Source of the DNA: Treponema sp.
GTDB lineage: Bacteria; Spirochaetota; Spirochaetia; Treponematales; Treponemataceae
Length of the DNA: 64,000 nucleotides
Direction of reading: 5' to 3'
NCBI GenBank assembly: GCA_017470085.1
Contig: JAFUFE010000114.1
Location: forward strand, 1,721 to 65,720
Under the pieces are notes generated by a model. It was not told the DNA's origin. It searched no databases and worked only from the letters and a program-made list of their open reading frames with translations. Shown here in pieces: positions 30,062 through 40,528 of the stretch. Numbering within the stretch: position 1 is the stretch's first letter; every line of letters begins with the position of its first letter. The translations under genes were made by a program, and so were the position numbers.

Positions 30062-33000
30062 TTACACCGTCTCCTTGTCAAATCCGGAAGCGGCTTTATC
30101 TATCAATTCCTGATCGCGTTCAGTGAGCGCAATGCGTTTACCTCGCGCATCGTAAATCGTAAAGTCGAGCGCAAGCCCACGCAGCTCTTGCACCAGAACG
30201 TTGAACGACTCGGGAACACCCGCCGGCGACGATGGGTCGCCCTTAACGATTGACTGATAAATATTTGCGCGTCCGTTCATGTCGTCCGATTTAATCGTCA
30301 TCATCTCTTGCAGCGTGTTTGCAGCGCCATATGCCTCAAGCGCCCACACTTCCATTTCACCGAGGCGTTGACCGCCAAATTGCGCTTTGCCGCCGAGTGG
30401 CTGTTGCGTAACGAGTGAATACGGTCCGGTCGAACGCGCGTGCATTTTGTCGTCAACCAGATGGTGCAGCTTCATAAAGTAAATCACCCCGACAAAAATC
30501 GGATTAACGAACGGCTCGCCCGTGCGTCCGTCGCGGACAATCTGTTTGCAATCAGGGGACAACCCTGCTTCTTTCAGTTTGTCCGCAATCATTTCCTGAG
30601 ACGGCGTCTGGAACGCCGGACATTCAAAATACTGCTGTAAGTATTTACCCGCAATGCCGAGCTCCGATTCCATAATCTGCCCGATGTTCATACGCGACGG
30701 TACGCCGAGCGGGTTTAGGCAGACATCGAGTGGCGTACCGTCTTCCAGATACGGCATGTCCTCAACCGGCAGGATGCGCGCCACAACGCCTTTGTTGCCG
30801 TGCCTGCCGGCCATTTTGTCGCCTTCGCACAGCTTGCGTTTGTTCGCAATGAGTACCTTGACCACCTCGTCAACGCCGGGGTTCAAATCGTCGCCCGCTT
30901 TGCGACTCAATCGCTGTACATCGATGACAACGCCTTCAATGCCGTGCGGCACACGGAGCGATGTATTGCGGACATCCTTTGCCTTTTCACCGAAAATCGA
31001 ATTGAGCAGCTTGAACTCCGGCGTCGTTTCCGTTTCGCTTTTCGGCGTAATTTTACCGACGAGGATGTCGCCACTACGCACTTTTGCACCGACGCGGACG
31101 ATGCCTTCTGCGCTCAAGTTTTCAAGCATCGCCTCTGCCGTTTCAGGAACTTCACGCGTGATTTTTTCCGGCCCGAGTTTTGTCTCACGGATTTCAACGG
31201 AAAACTCTTTGATGTGAATCGACGTATACATGTCCTCGCGCACGACGCGCTGAGAGATGAGCACCGCGTCCTCGTAGTTATAGCCGTTCCACGGCACAAA
31301 ACCGACAAGGATGTTGCGGCCGAGCGCAAGCTCTCCGTTGAACGTGGCAGGACCATCTGCAATGACGTCTCCCGCCCGTACCTTTTGCCCCAACTCCACC
31401 GTCGGACGCTGATGATAGCACGTGTCTTGATTCGTGCGTTGATATTTTAATAGATGATACTCTTCCACTTCGAGCTTGCGCGAGCCACTTCCCGTCGGCT
31501 TCACCTTGATGCAGTCGCTCGACACATAGACAACCTCGCCGTCGTGTTTTGCTTTCACGAGTACGCCCGAATCATACGCGCATTTCTGCTCCATGCCGGT
31601 GCCAACATACGGCGGTTCAGGAAACAGCAACGGCACTGCCTGGCGCTGCATGTTGCAACCCATAAGCGCACGGTTTGCGTCATCGTGCTCAAGAAACGGA
31701 ACCAGAGATGCAGACACCGAAATGACCTGCCGCGGCGACACGTCCATGTACTGCACGTCTTTCGGCGCGCGCTGCGTGTAGTCACCGAGGCGACGGCACG
31801 AAATCAAATCGGTTGCAAATGAGCCGTCATTCTTAATGCCTTCGTTTACCGGGCTGATATAGTACCGGTCTTCTTCCATTGCCGAAAGGTATTCAACGTC
31901 GTCAGTCACTTTGCCGTTTGCCACCTTACGGTACGGTGCTTCCAAAAAGCCGTACTCATTGATACGCGTAAAAATAGCGAGCGACACGATGAGCCCGATG
32001 TTTGGCCCTTCAGGTGTTTCAATCGGGCACATGCGACCGTAGTGTGAATAGTGTACGTCGCGCACTTCAAAACTCGCGCGATCACGTGACAGACCACCCG
32101 GCCCGAGCGCATTCAAACGCCGTTTATGCGTCAGCTCTGCAAGCGGGTTCACCTGATCCATAAATTGAGACAGCTGGGATGAGCCAAAAAATTCCTTAAT
32201 CGACGCCACAATCGGTTTGATAGAAATCAAATCCTGCGGCTTCATCGTTTCAATCTCTTTTTGTCCCATGCGCTCCTTTGCGATGCGCTCCATACGGCTA
32301 AACGCTGTTTTGAGCTGGTTCGTCATCAGCTCGCCCACAGAACGGATGCGGCGGTTTCCCAAGTGGTCAATGTCGTCAGTCTGTTCATCGCCGATATACA
32401 CCTTGATCAGAAACTTCATCGTTTCGATGATATCGTCTTTTACCAGTGTTACATCTTTAATGTCTTCACGGTAACCGAATTTCTTGTTTACTTTGTAACG
32501 CCCAACGCGTCCCAGATCATAGCGACGCTCCGTAAAGAACATGCCCGCCAGATCTTTTTCTGCGGCCTCAACGGTAATCGGTTCACCCGGCTTGAGCACC
32601 TGATAGACCACGGAGAGCGCCTCTTCTTTTGTCGGCTCCATATCAGACGAATCATCCGGTACGTATCGCACTTCCTCGCGGTCAAAGCAGTTGATGATTA
32701 TCTGCGAATTCAACGATTCGTTGTCGCTGTCTTTATTGTTCGGATTGGCGCGCGTATCGAATTTGATAACCTTGATTTTTTTGACATTGTTTGCAATCAA
32801 ATCGTCAATATCGTGGGGATGCAGCCGCGTACCCGCATTAAAAAGGCGTTTTTTTTCGCCTGCGTCGGTGATGATAACTGCCTCCGCAAGCACGTGGTTT
32901 TCAAGCGCAGCACGGCCATCCGCATCACCTTCAACGGCAACGGTTTCCGTCACATAAAAGCAGTTGATAATCTCTTCGCGCGTGCTGTATCCAAGCGCCC

Positions 33001-33610
33001 GCAAAAACATCGTACCGAGAATCTTTTTCTTGCGATCTATTTTTGCATAAATCAATTCCTTCTTTTGGTCAATCTCAAACTCAAGCCACGAACCACGGTA
33101 CGGAATGATGCGACTCGAATACACGCCTTTTTCATGATTGAAGATGACGCCCGGCGAACGGTGGATTTGAGACACCACGACGCGCTCCGCTCCGTTAATA
33201 ATGAACGTACCGCGATCAGTCATCAGCGGGATATCGCCCATGTAGATATCTTTTTGCAAAATTGCGCCGGTCTGCAAGTTATTCAAACTGATGCGCGCTT
33301 TTAGCGGCACCGCATAGGTAATGCCCTTTTGCTTACACTCAAATTCTTTGAATTTAATGTTGTCGTATTCAAGATCGTAAAACTCAAAATCAAGCGACAT
33401 ATCGCCGTCAGGACTTTCAATGGGAAACGTTGAAGCAAACACTTCCTGTAGCCCGTGATTTTCAGGCGTCTCCTTGTTCCGTACCTTTTCTGACTGCAAA
33501 AAACTTTCATACGATGAGGTTTGGATAGAAATCAGATCGGGCACATCCATGAACGGCTTGATATTTTTCCCGTAATACGACCGATTGATGGTCTGTGACT
33601 TTGCGTACAT
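30062..33610 (-). CDS. rpoB: DNA-directed RNA polymerase subunit beta
   Basis: ATG at 33610 (MYAKSQ) has AAGAGGA 5 nt upstream. The ORF track starts at a GTG at 33682. Conserved [13 protein letters not shown] and NYEDA segments present. Confidence 0.97.
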   Translation of the reverse strand: MYAKSQTINRSYYGKNIKPFMDVPDLISIQTSSYESFLQSEKVRNKETPENHGLQEVFASTFPIESPDGDMSLDFEFYDLEYDNIKFKEFECKQKGITYAVPLKARISLNNLQTGAILQKDIYMGDIPLMTDRGTFIINGAERVVVSQIHRSPGVIFNHEKGVYSSRIIPYRGSWLEFEIDQKKELIYAKIDRKKKILGTMFLRALGYSTREEIINCFYVTETVAVEGDADGRAALENHVLAEAVIITDAGEKKRLFNAGTRLHPHDIDDLIANNVKKIKVIKFDTRANPNNKDSDNESLNSQIIINCFDREEVRYVPDDSSDMEPTKEEALSVVYQVLKPGEPITVEAAEKDLAGMFFTERRYDLGRVGRYKVNKKFGYREDIKDVTLVKDDIIETMKFLIKVYIGDEQTDDIDHLGNRRIRSVGELMTNQLKTAFSRMERIAKERMGQKEIETMKPQDLISIKPIVASIKEFFGSSQLSQFMDQVNPLAELTHKRRLNALGPGGLSRDRASFEVRDVHYSHYGRMCPIETPEGPNIGLIVSLAIFTRINEYGFLEAPYRKVANGKVTDDVEYLSAMEEDRYYISPVNEGIKNDGSFATDLISCRRLGDYTQRAPKDVQYMDVSPRQVISVSASLVPFLEHDDANRALMGCNMQRQAVPLLFPEPPYVGTGMEQKCAYDSGVLVKAKHDGEVVYVSSDCIKVKPTGSGSRKLEVEEYHLLKYQRTNQDTCYHQRPTVELGQKVRAGDVIADGPATFNGELALGRNILVGFVPWNGYNYEDAVLISQRVVREDMYTSIHIKEFSVEIRETKLGPEKITREVPETAEAMLENLSAEGIVRVGAKVRSGDILVGKITPKSETETTPEFKLLNSIFGEKAKDVRNTSLRVPHGIEGVVIDVQRLSRKAGDDLNPGVDEVVKVLIANKRKLCEGDKMAGRHGNKGVVARILPVEDMPYLEDGTPLDVCLNPLGVPSRMNIGQIMESELGIAGKYLQQYFECPAFQTPSQEMIADKLKEAGLSPDCKQIVRDGRTGEPFVNPIFVGVIYFMKLHHLVDDKMHARSTGPYSLVTQQPLGGKAQFGGQRLGEMEVWALEAYGAANTLQEMMTIKSDDMNGRANIYQSIVKGDPSSPAGVPESFNVLVQELRGLALDFTIYDARGKRIALTERDQELIDKAASGFDKETV

Positions 33611-34125
33611 GACAGTCCTCTTGTCTTGTGAGCTCTTGGCGTTTTGAAACACCGCTACATACAGGAAACTCCTGTACAGCACGATGTTTCCGCCACGGTA
33701 TTCTTACGCAAAAACGCAGCAGCATGAAGACACCCTGCGCTTTGTATTTTTTTATAATCCGAAACAGCTATTCTTGGTCCCCCAGCCAGGCACCGAAAGC
33801 AGCCATCCCGCTCTGATAAAACAGCCATAGTACAGACAGGCGCACACCTGCTCGTAGGAACGCTGTTTTCAGACGCGCAGCTTTACAGCGGACGCACTGT
33901 TTTCCCCCACAAAATAGACTGCCGTATCATCACGACGGTTCGACATGCACTCTGACGCACACCGGTGACCGCGCGGCACACGAAAACACCAGTCGATACG
34001 CCCACCCAGCATTACTGATCGGCGCATCATGCCGGCACGATTACGCCACAGCAAAACTGCGCGTTCACCGCACCGGCTACATCAGCGGCCGGGAGCGGTG
34101 CGTTCTATCGGCTGACGGATGGCGC

Positions 34126-34506
34126 TTATTTCTTTGAAGCGGTGCCGCCCGCTTCGGCGATCTCCGCAATCATCTTGTCAGCATCCGCTTTGCTCACGCC
34201 TTCTTTGAGCACTTTTGGAGCGCCTTCAACAAGCGCCTTCGCTTCACCGAGCCCCAGCCCCGTAATGGTGCGGACAACTTTGATAACGGGAATCTTCTTT
34301 GCCGGATCTATCGAATCGAGCGTAACGGTGAATTCTGTCTGTTCTTCCGCTGCGGCTGCACCAACGTCACCAGCTGGAGCTGCTGCCACCGCGACCGCCG
34401 CAGTGACACCAAATTTTTCTTCCATTGCCTTGACCAGCTCAGAAGCCTCAAGAACCGTCATGCTTGCAATCGCGTCAAGGATCTGTTCATTTGTTAAAGC
34501 TGCCAT
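34126..34506 (-). CDS. rplL: 50S ribosomal protein L7/L12
   Basis: ATG at 34506 ([20 protein letters not shown]) follows AGGAGA. Ala-rich hinge and C-terminal [19 protein letters not shown]. Confidence 0.96.
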   Translation of the reverse strand: MAALTNEQILDAIASMTVLEASELVKAMEEKFGVTAAVAVAAAPAGDVGAAAAEEQTEFTVTLDSIDPAKKIPVIKVVRTITGLGLGEAKALVEGAPKVLKEGVSKADADKMIAEIAEAGGTASKK

Positions 34507-34642
34507 ATTGTCTTCTCCTATTCGTTTGTACAAAATCATCTCCATATGGAGATGTTCCGGTCATCGCTCCATACGGGCGATTCCGAAAAATACCACGCGC
34601 GGACAGTCGACAGCTTACGAAGCCTGACCGCGCCTTATTGTG

Positions 34643-35362
34643 CTATGCATCTGTGGGCGGTGCATCCGGTGCAGCCTGCTCAGCCGGCGCTGCCGCTTCA
34701 GTCGGAGCCGCGGCAGCAGCTGGAGCCGCTTCTGCTTCCTGCTGCGTTTCGGCTCCAGCCGCCGCTACAGGTGAGCCTACTGTATCTGCCGTCGGGGCGT
34801 CAGACGGTGGAGCAGAGTCCGCCGCAGCTGCGGATTGTGGTGCGGTGGCTGCCGGCCCTTCTTTTTCCAGTTTTTCCGCATACGCTTTGATCGTGGCGGC
34901 AAGCTGACGCGCCGGCCCATTGATGGCGGACATGAGCATAGAAATAAGTTGCTTTTTGCCCGGCACCTTTGAAAACGCTTCTATCTTTGCGCCATCGTAA
35001 ATTTCTTTTTCGATGATGCCGCCCTTGACTGTCAGCGCCGGCGCGTCTTTGGCAAAATCAAACAGAATTTTTGCAATTTCGTTTGAATCTTCTTTTGCCA
35101 TAGCGATCGCCGTCGGCCCGGTCAAATAGTCGCCCACTGCATCGATGCTCATGCTTTCAAATGCGATGCGCGCAAAATTGTTTTTGACCACTTTCAGCGC
35201 CGAATTTTTTTCGCGCAGTTTGCCGCGTAGCCGCGTAATCTGTTCCATCGTCAGACCGCGGTAATCGGTAAAAATAAAGTCGTTGTATTCAGCAAATGTT
35301 TTTTTTGCCGCTTCGATGGCAGCCGTCTTTGCCGGCTGTACTTTCTTTGCCCTCATCGCCAT
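34643..35362 (-). CDS. rplJ: 50S ribosomal protein L10 with ~70-aa Ala/Pro/Glu-rich C-terminal extension
   Basis: 239-aa ORF. The N-terminal ~165 aa are L10-like (FTDYRGLTMEQITRLRGKLRE). The tail is GPAATAPQSAAAADSAPPSDAP...APDAPPTDA. Confidence 0.93.
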   Translation of the reverse strand: MAMRAKKVQPAKTAAIEAAKKTFAEYNDFIFTDYRGLTMEQITRLRGKLREKNSALKVVKNNFARIAFESMSIDAVGDYLTGPTAIAMAKEDSNEIAKILFDFAKDAPALTVKGGIIEKEIYDGAKIEAFSKVPGKKQLISMLMSAINGPARQLAATIKAYAEKLEKEGPAATAPQSAAAADSAPPSDAPTADTVGSPVAAAGAETQQEAEAAPAAAAAPTEAAAPAEQAAPDAPPTDA

Positions 35363-35364
35363 GA

Positions 35365-36042
35365 TTATTCACCTTCCTTAAATTGCACCCAGACGCCCGG
35401 CCCCATAGTTGAACTGACAGAAACACTGGAAATAAAGTTTGCGGTGTTGCCGGTTTTTTTGCGTTCAACTTCGGTAAGCAATGTCCTGATGTTTTCAGCG
35501 ACTTTATCCGCGTCCATTGAACACTTGCCGACAGCGATGTGCACCACGCCGCCTTTGTCTGCGCGGAATTCGGTGCGCCCTTTTTTGAGCGCCGCAACCG
35601 CACCGGCGATATCCGGCGTAACCGTGCCCGTCTTCGGATTTGGCATGAGCCCTTTGCGTCCGAGCACCATACCCAAACGACCGACGTCTTTCATCATGTC
35701 CGGCGTAGCGACAGCGATATCAAAATCGAGCCAGCCGCCTTTCACCTTTTCAACGTACTCATCAGCACCAGCATAGGTTGCGCCGGCGTCCAGCGCCTCT
35801 TTTACGCGGTCTTCCTTACAGAATACGAGCACCTTTTTTTCTGCTGTAAACTGATGCGGAAACACGAGCGTGTCACGGACGCTTTCATTTTTGCCGAGTT
35901 TCAGGCACACGTGCGCTTCAACCGTTTCGTCAAATCGTGCAAACTTCATATCCTGTACCATTTTACAGGCAGAAACGATATCGTATTTTTTTGTCAAATC
36001 GTATTTTGCCGCAGCAGCGCGGTAATTTTTTCCGTGTTTCAT
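35365..36042 (-). CDS. rplA: 50S ribosomal protein L1
   Basis: 225-aa ORF with MKHGKNYRAAAAKYD and TPDMMKDVGRLGMVLGRKGLMPNPK. Confidence 0.96.
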   Translation of the reverse strand: MKHGKNYRAAAAKYDLTKKYDIVSACKMVQDMKFARFDETVEAHVCLKLGKNESVRDTLVFPHQFTAEKKVLVFCKEDRVKEALDAGATYAGADEYVEKVKGGWLDFDIAVATPDMMKDVGRLGMVLGRKGLMPNPKTGTVTPDIAGAVAALKKGRTEFRADKGGVVHIAVGKCSMDADKVAENIRTLLTEVERKKTGNTANFISSVSVSSTMGPGVWVQFKEGE

Positions 36043-36043
36043 A

Positions 36044-36475
36044 TCAGTGCTCCACCTCTACGCCCATGCTCCGCGCGGTTCCCGCGATAATGCGTTTTGC
36101 CGCCTCAAGGTCATGCGCATTGACATCGGGCATCTTTGTCTGTGCGATTTCCTCAAGGTCTTTCTGTGACAGCGTCCCCACTTTGTCACGCAACGGATTA
36201 CCGGAACCTTTTTCAATTTTGAGCGCCTTTTTAATCAAAACGGCAGCCGGCGGCGTTTTTAAGATGAACGTGTAGGATTTGTCCTGATAGACGGTGATAA
36301 CGACTGGGATAATCAATCCCTTTTCCATATTCTTGGTGCGGTCGTTGAATTCCTGGACAAATTTCGGCGCGCTCACACCGTGCGGACCCAAAGCCGGGCC
36401 AATCGGCGGTGCAGGCGTTGCAGCTCCTGCAGGACACTGCAGTTTAATGACGGCAGAAACTTTTTTTCCAGCCAT
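36044..36475 (-). CDS. rplK: 50S ribosomal protein L11
   Basis: 143-aa ORF with [21 protein letters not shown]. Confidence 0.96.
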   Translation of the reverse strand: MAGKKVSAVIKLQCPAGAATPAPPIGPALGPHGVSAPKFVQEFNDRTKNMEKGLIIPVVITVYQDKSYTFILKTPPAAVLIKKALKIEKGSGNPLRDKVGTLSQKDLEEIAQTKMPDVNAHDLEAAKRIIAGTARSMGVEVEH

Positions 36476-36631
36476 AGAGAACTCCTTTTGTTGGTGTCTG
36501 TCGGACGTACCGCATTATTGCAGCATACCGGCCGGCAGTAGCGAGGCGCGTTTGTCCGACGGACCGGCGTCTCTCCCAAAATAAGGCTTGCAGCGCGCTC
36601 AATGCTCGCCACAATACTTTTCAAAACAACA

Positions 36632-37189
36632 TCACACTTTTTCAGCCTGTGTCAGGCTTACCTCGACGGGCGTTTCACGTCCAAAAATCTGGACAGTTAC
36701 CCGCAGCCGGTCTTTTTCAACGTTGACGTCGTCAACCTTTCCGGTAAACGTTGCGAACGGCCCATCGGTGATACGCACCGCATCGCCCACCGCAAACGAC
36801 TGCCTGACATGTACCGGACGCTCGCCTTTAATCACGCCCGATTTCTGCAGCAGATTTTTAGCCTCATCAGCGGTAATTGGGCGCGGCCGTTCACTGGGAC
36901 TAGTGCCGACAAACCCCGTTACCCCCTGGACACTTCGGATTTTGGTGCACGTCTCTTTCCAGCCTATCTCCGGCAAGTCCAGCTCTATCATAATATAGCT
37001 GGGCAAAAACTTATTTTTACGGGTACGCCGTTTGCCGTCCTTTACCTCGTCAATCTCTTCAATCGGAACTTTGACATCCGTTACCACCGTCGCATCGAGC
37101 TCTTTGTGCTCAAGCATACGGCGGAGCTTGCGCTCAATCTGCGCTTCGTATCCGGTGTAGGTGTGCACAATATACCAATTCTTTGCCAT
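36632..37189 (-). CDS. nusG: Transcription termination/antitermination factor NusG
   Basis: ATG at 37189 gives MAKNWYIVHTYTGYE. KOW segment is FAVGDAVRITDGPFATFTGKV. The ORF track extends 46 codons upstream. Confidence 0.95.
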   Translation of the reverse strand: MAKNWYIVHTYTGYEAQIERKLRRMLEHKELDATVVTDVKVPIEEIDEVKDGKRRTRKNKFLPSYIMIELDLPEIGWKETCTKIRSVQGVTGFVGTSPSERPRPITADEAKNLLQKSGVIKGERPVHVRQSFAVGDAVRITDGPFATFTGKVDDVNVEKDRLRVTVQIFGRETPVEVSLTQAEKV

Positions 37190-37200
37190 ACCGTCTTTCT

Positions 37201-37383
37201 CTATCGCATCAAAGCACGGAACGCTTCCGTAAAGCCCCAGTCCAACAGCCCCAGTATAATGGAGACAACAATAGTCATAACGATGACTACCTGCACCGAC
37301 GAGACCACTTCCGCCCCTGTCGGCCAAACGACTTTTTTGAGCTCTGCTTTGCTTTCACGGAAAAACTGGACAATCTTGGACAT
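37201..37383 (-). CDS. secE: Preprotein translocase subunit SecE
   Basis: 60-aa ORF with FFRESKAELKKVVWPT followed by a single TM helix. Confidence 0.93.
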   Translation of the reverse strand: MSKIVQFFRESKAELKKVVWPTGAEVVSSVQVVIVMTIVVSIILGLLDWGFTEAFRALMR

Positions 37384-37403
37384 AGCACCTCCGAATCAAA
37401 TGA

Positions 37404-37476
37404 CAGGCCAGGCAGGATTCGAACCCACGACAGGCGGTTTTGGAGACCGCAACTCTACCAGCTGAGCTACTGGCCT
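37404..37476 (-). tRNA. trnW: tRNA-Trp (anticodon CCA)
   Basis: Manual cloverleaf: acceptor AGGCCAG/CTGGCCT, anticodon arm GCGGT-CTCCAAA-ACCGC, T-loop TTCGAAT. Classic position between rpmG and secE. Confidence 0.9.
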
Positions 37477-37503
37477 ATGAAAACGCCGACTTTCAGACCA
37501 GCG

Positions 37504-37680
37504 CTATTTGACTTTTGTCTCCTTATGAACCGTATGTTTGCGGTCAAACGGACAATACTTTTTCAGCTCAAGCTTTCCTTGTAAATTCTTGCGGTTTTTA
37601 TACGTCGTATAATTTCTTCGCTTGCACTCCGTACACTGCAATGCGATAATTTCAACGGCACCTTTTTTCTTGCTGGCCAT
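37504..37680 (-). CDS. rpmG: 50S ribosomal protein L33
   Basis: Manual translation gives [58 protein letters not shown]. At 58 aa it falls below the ORF-track length cut-off. Confidence 0.9.
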   Translation of the reverse strand: MASKKKGAVEIIALQCTECKRRNYTTYKNRKNLQGKLELKKYCPFDRKHTVHKETKVK

Positions 37681-37834
37681 ATATCCTCCTCAAGATAGAA
37701 TTCCCTGCTGCCCTTTGCCGCGGACAGCGCTACCGCAAACGGCACCGGTTACAACGTCAAAACGATAGAACACGCCACAATCCGCCGGAACAACCGAAAC
37801 GGACAGATCCGGCAAAGCGCCTTGAAAATCGTTG

Positions 37835-37907
37835 AGCCCCCGTGCAGAATCGAACTGCAGACCTCAACCTTACCATGGTTGCGCTCTACCGACTGAGCTA
37901 CAAGGGC
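37835..37907 (-). tRNA. trnT: tRNA-Thr (anticodon GGT)
   Basis: Manual cloverleaf: acceptor GCCCTTG/CGGGGGC (two G-U pairs), anticodon arm CAACC-ATGGTAA-GGTTG, T-arm TGCAG-TTCGATT-CTGCA. Confidence 0.88.
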
Positions 37908-37935
37908 GGAACGCGCAGAGTATAAGCGCCTTATT

Positions 37936-37964
37936 ATTATAGAGAAGCCGTATCAGAATGTCAA
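37936..37964 (-). promoter_or_regulatory. Perfect consensus sigma-70 promoter TTGACA-N17-TATAAT upstream of tRNA-Thr
   Basis: Minus-strand TTGACA at 37964-37959 and TATAAT at 37941-37936. The -10 element ends 28 nt before the tRNA 5' end. Confidence 0.75.
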
Positions 37965-38321
37965 TGACTTGTACACGGGTATTGACAACAGGCGAAAAAG
38001 TAGTCACGGTGCAGATGAAAACGGGCAACTGATTTTTGCCGTATTGGTGAGCTGCCTGTTTCGGCACGGGCGGCTAACAACTTCCCGTAAACAAGACCGC
38101 AACGAATAACGCAATCTCCGAAGCGGTCTTGTTATAAGGTGCGAAATAGTATTTTTTACGGTATTTAAAGAATCCACCCGGAACGACTGTCTTTAAACAC
38201 CATCAGAAAAGACGCCGCACGGTCTGCCCGCAAAGCACAGAGCCATACTCGTTCAGCAGGCGCGACTTGAGATGCAGAAATACCAGCGGCACCAGTAAAG
38301 CGGTAAAACGCACCAGCACGA

Positions 38322-38753
38322 TTAATAGGAAAAACGGTAATCATAATCTTGCCCGCGGACACAGGGTATCGTTATTTTTTGTTTAACGAGGAGTATTGTA
38401 CACTGTGTGTTACCGGTAAAAACAAGCTCCACATGTGTTGACGGATTTTTTGTATCTTCTCCCAGCCAATAACAAGCGGCGCGCCACGTTTTGCCATCAT
38501 TGGTATAGTTTATTTTATGATATTCACCGTAATTTTCAACATCGTCGTGGATAACGACTGCATTTTTTTTCACCTCAACGCAGATGTCTTTCCCTTCATT
38601 CCAGTACGTACCGTAGAGTTCTTCCTGTAGCACAATGGGAATCACCCCCCCCCTACCGAACTTTCTATCGCACTGGCAGCCACACCGGCATTCGGGCATC
38701 CGGTTACCATAAATCCTGCCAGCAGTAACAGCACGCTATATAAACTGTTCATT
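38322..38753 (-). CDS. Small hypothetical protein with hydrophobic N-terminus and an internal G9 tract
   Basis: The ORF track gives 38322..38699. By my reading the frame stays open upstream through in-frame ATGs at 38711 and 38753 (MNSLYSVLLLLAGFMVTG...). A C9 run on the plus strand at 38645-38653 lies inside the coding region. Confidence 0.5.
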
Positions 38754-39000
38754 GCTCTCCTCAAAATTATGGATAATACTCCTTGGCGCACTGCACCAAG
38801 ACCAACGCAACCATGCTATTCACTGAAAACAGCACCCTTTCAAACGCACTTGAATTTGCCAAAAGCAAATCCATCTGCTAACGACATGTTTTAATTTTAT
38901 CAATTAAAATTAGCATACACTAACTTTAAAACGGTATCCTGTCAATATATTTTCCCTGATAACGCTGATCGATTTTATAAAATAGTGCTGAATCCGGCTG

Positions 39001-39135
39001 GTGCATACGACCTATGGTCGTTTGCATGAGTGGAAGTTATCTCACTCGTCACTTACGCGGCGTGCGCATACGTCGCTTCGCCGTTTTCTGCATGAAAATT
39101 ATTCAATTCGTCGCTTACACGATTGGCGAATACTT
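39001..39135. repeat. Two units of the same ~65-bp repeat family as 14945-15205, in inverted orientation
   Basis: GTTTGCATGAGTGGAAGTTATCTCACTCG and ACGTCGCTTCGCCGTTTTCTGCATGAAAATTATTCAATTCGTCGC align to the reverse complement of units at 14945-15138. Confidence 0.8.
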
Positions 39136-39307
39136 GTGCAGGGGGCCGGCGTGTTTCCCGCCCAAAAGTGCTTATACATAACGGCTCTCTACCCTTGTCA
39201 AGAAACAGGAACTATGGCATTGTTATAGAATGTGCAGCAGAAATTGACGCAACGGAGTATCGACTGGAGCTCAAGCAGAACGCGCTGCAGGATTCAGAGG
39301 AGAAACC

Positions 39308-40171
39308 ATGAATACAGACGCACTCATTGACGGCATACTCGCCTCGTATGACCGCTACGGCGGCGTCAATCGGACGGGGACGGAAAACTTTCCAAACCGG
39401 CAGAATGTGGTGTCCGCTTTATTTGACCTGCAAAGCTTGATTTTTCCTGGTTTTCGTTTTGCAGAAGAAATAAATCTCAAAAATGTGCGATATGTTACCG
39501 GTATGCACGTTAACCGTACCGCTGCGCTTTTGACCAAAGAAATTCAAAAGGCACTCGTTTACACCGTCAGCCGAGAACGCGGCAATGCAGACAATATAGA
39601 AGAATCTCACTGCTTTCAGCTTGCCGAAACGGCCGTGTCCGCGTTGCTTGCAGCGGTTCCTGAAATTCGGCGGTTGCTTTTACTTGACGTAGCGGCTGCA
39701 TTTGCCGGAGATCCTGCCGCACAGAACAATGAAGAAGTCATCCTGTCGTATCCGGGCGTACAGGCGATTGTAGTGCACCGGCTAGCACATTTTTTGTTTA
39801 CAAAGGGCATTCCCATCGTGCCGCGTATTATGAGTGAATACGTGCACGGCAAAACGGGAATCGACATTCATCCGGGGGCGACTATCGGCGAGTCGTTTTT
39901 CATTGATCACGGAACGGGCGTCGTCATTGGGGAGACAACGATTATTGGCAACGCCGTCAAACTGTATCAAGGCGTAACGATTGGCGCGCTCAGTGTTGAA
40001 AAACGTCTGATGAACGTAAAGCGCCACCCAACGATAGAAGACAACGTAACGATTTATGCAAATGCCACAATTTTAGGCGGTGAAACGGTTATTGGGCACG
40101 ACAGCACAATCGGCGGGAATTCGTGGATCACGCATTCGATTCCGCCGCACAGTACGTGTTCAATAGAATAA
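39308..40171 (+). CDS. cysE: Serine O-acetyltransferase (long form)
   Basis: 287 aa. Has a SATase N-terminal helical domain and hexapeptide repeats IDIHPGATIGESFFIDHGTGVVIGETTIIGNAVKLYQGVTIGA. Confidence 0.88.
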   Translation: MNTDALIDGILASYDRYGGVNRTGTENFPNRQNVVSALFDLQSLIFPGFRFAEEINLKNVRYVTGMHVNRTAALLTKEIQKALVYTVSRERGNADNIEESHCFQLAETAVSALLAAVPEIRRLLLLDVAAAFAGDPAAQNNEEVILSYPGVQAIVVHRLAHFLFTKGIPIVPRIMSEYVHGKTGIDIHPGATIGESFFIDHGTGVVIGETTIIGNAVKLYQGVTIGALSVEKRLMNVKRHPTIEDNVTIYANATILGGETVIGHDSTIGGNSWITHSIPPHSTCSIE

Positions 40172-40528
40172 ATGCTCGTGCCGTATCGTACGGAAAAGCA
40201 CTGCGCACGGAAGCGTTTTGCAATTATTCTTTTGTAAACTCACAAATCATTAAAATTGTCAAAAAAAATCTTGACATATGGGAATTGTAGTATATCATTT
40301 ATTATTATACATATTTATATATCTACTTAAGGAGGTGTGGCCTATACGTATAGAATACGGTACTGCCGTTGAAATGACGGCGTTTTGCTGTGTGTGTCGC
40401 TCGTGTGGACACGATGTATCCAGACTGTACCGACGAATAGACCGCACCGCAACACCTGCAACTTTTGGGTATACGTGAAGCATTCGAAAACAACGTTTCA
40501 AACAGCAGTAATTTTACAGGAGGTTTTT

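Noticed and set aside
25643-33304. Long plus-strand ORFs inside rpoC and rpoB (for example 25643..26629, 27827..29038, 30800..31450, 32261..33304).
   Set aside because: They lie antisense to highly conserved polymerase genes, have odd His/Arg/Phe-rich composition and no ribosome-binding sites. These are typical shadow ORFs.
37870-38362. ORFs 37870..38067 and 38165..38362 (minus).
   Set aside because: The first overlaps tRNA-Thr and its consensus promoter. The second overlaps the 3' end of the neighbouring gene and has no RBS. Both were judged spurious.
40278-40478. A 66-aa ORF and small hairpin (GCCGT-TGAAATG-ACGGC followed by GTTTTG) in the ~230-nt leader of the second GntP gene.
   Set aside because: The stem is only 5 bp, the ORF overlaps the putative promoter, and the peptide looks random. 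This is too weak to call an attenuator.
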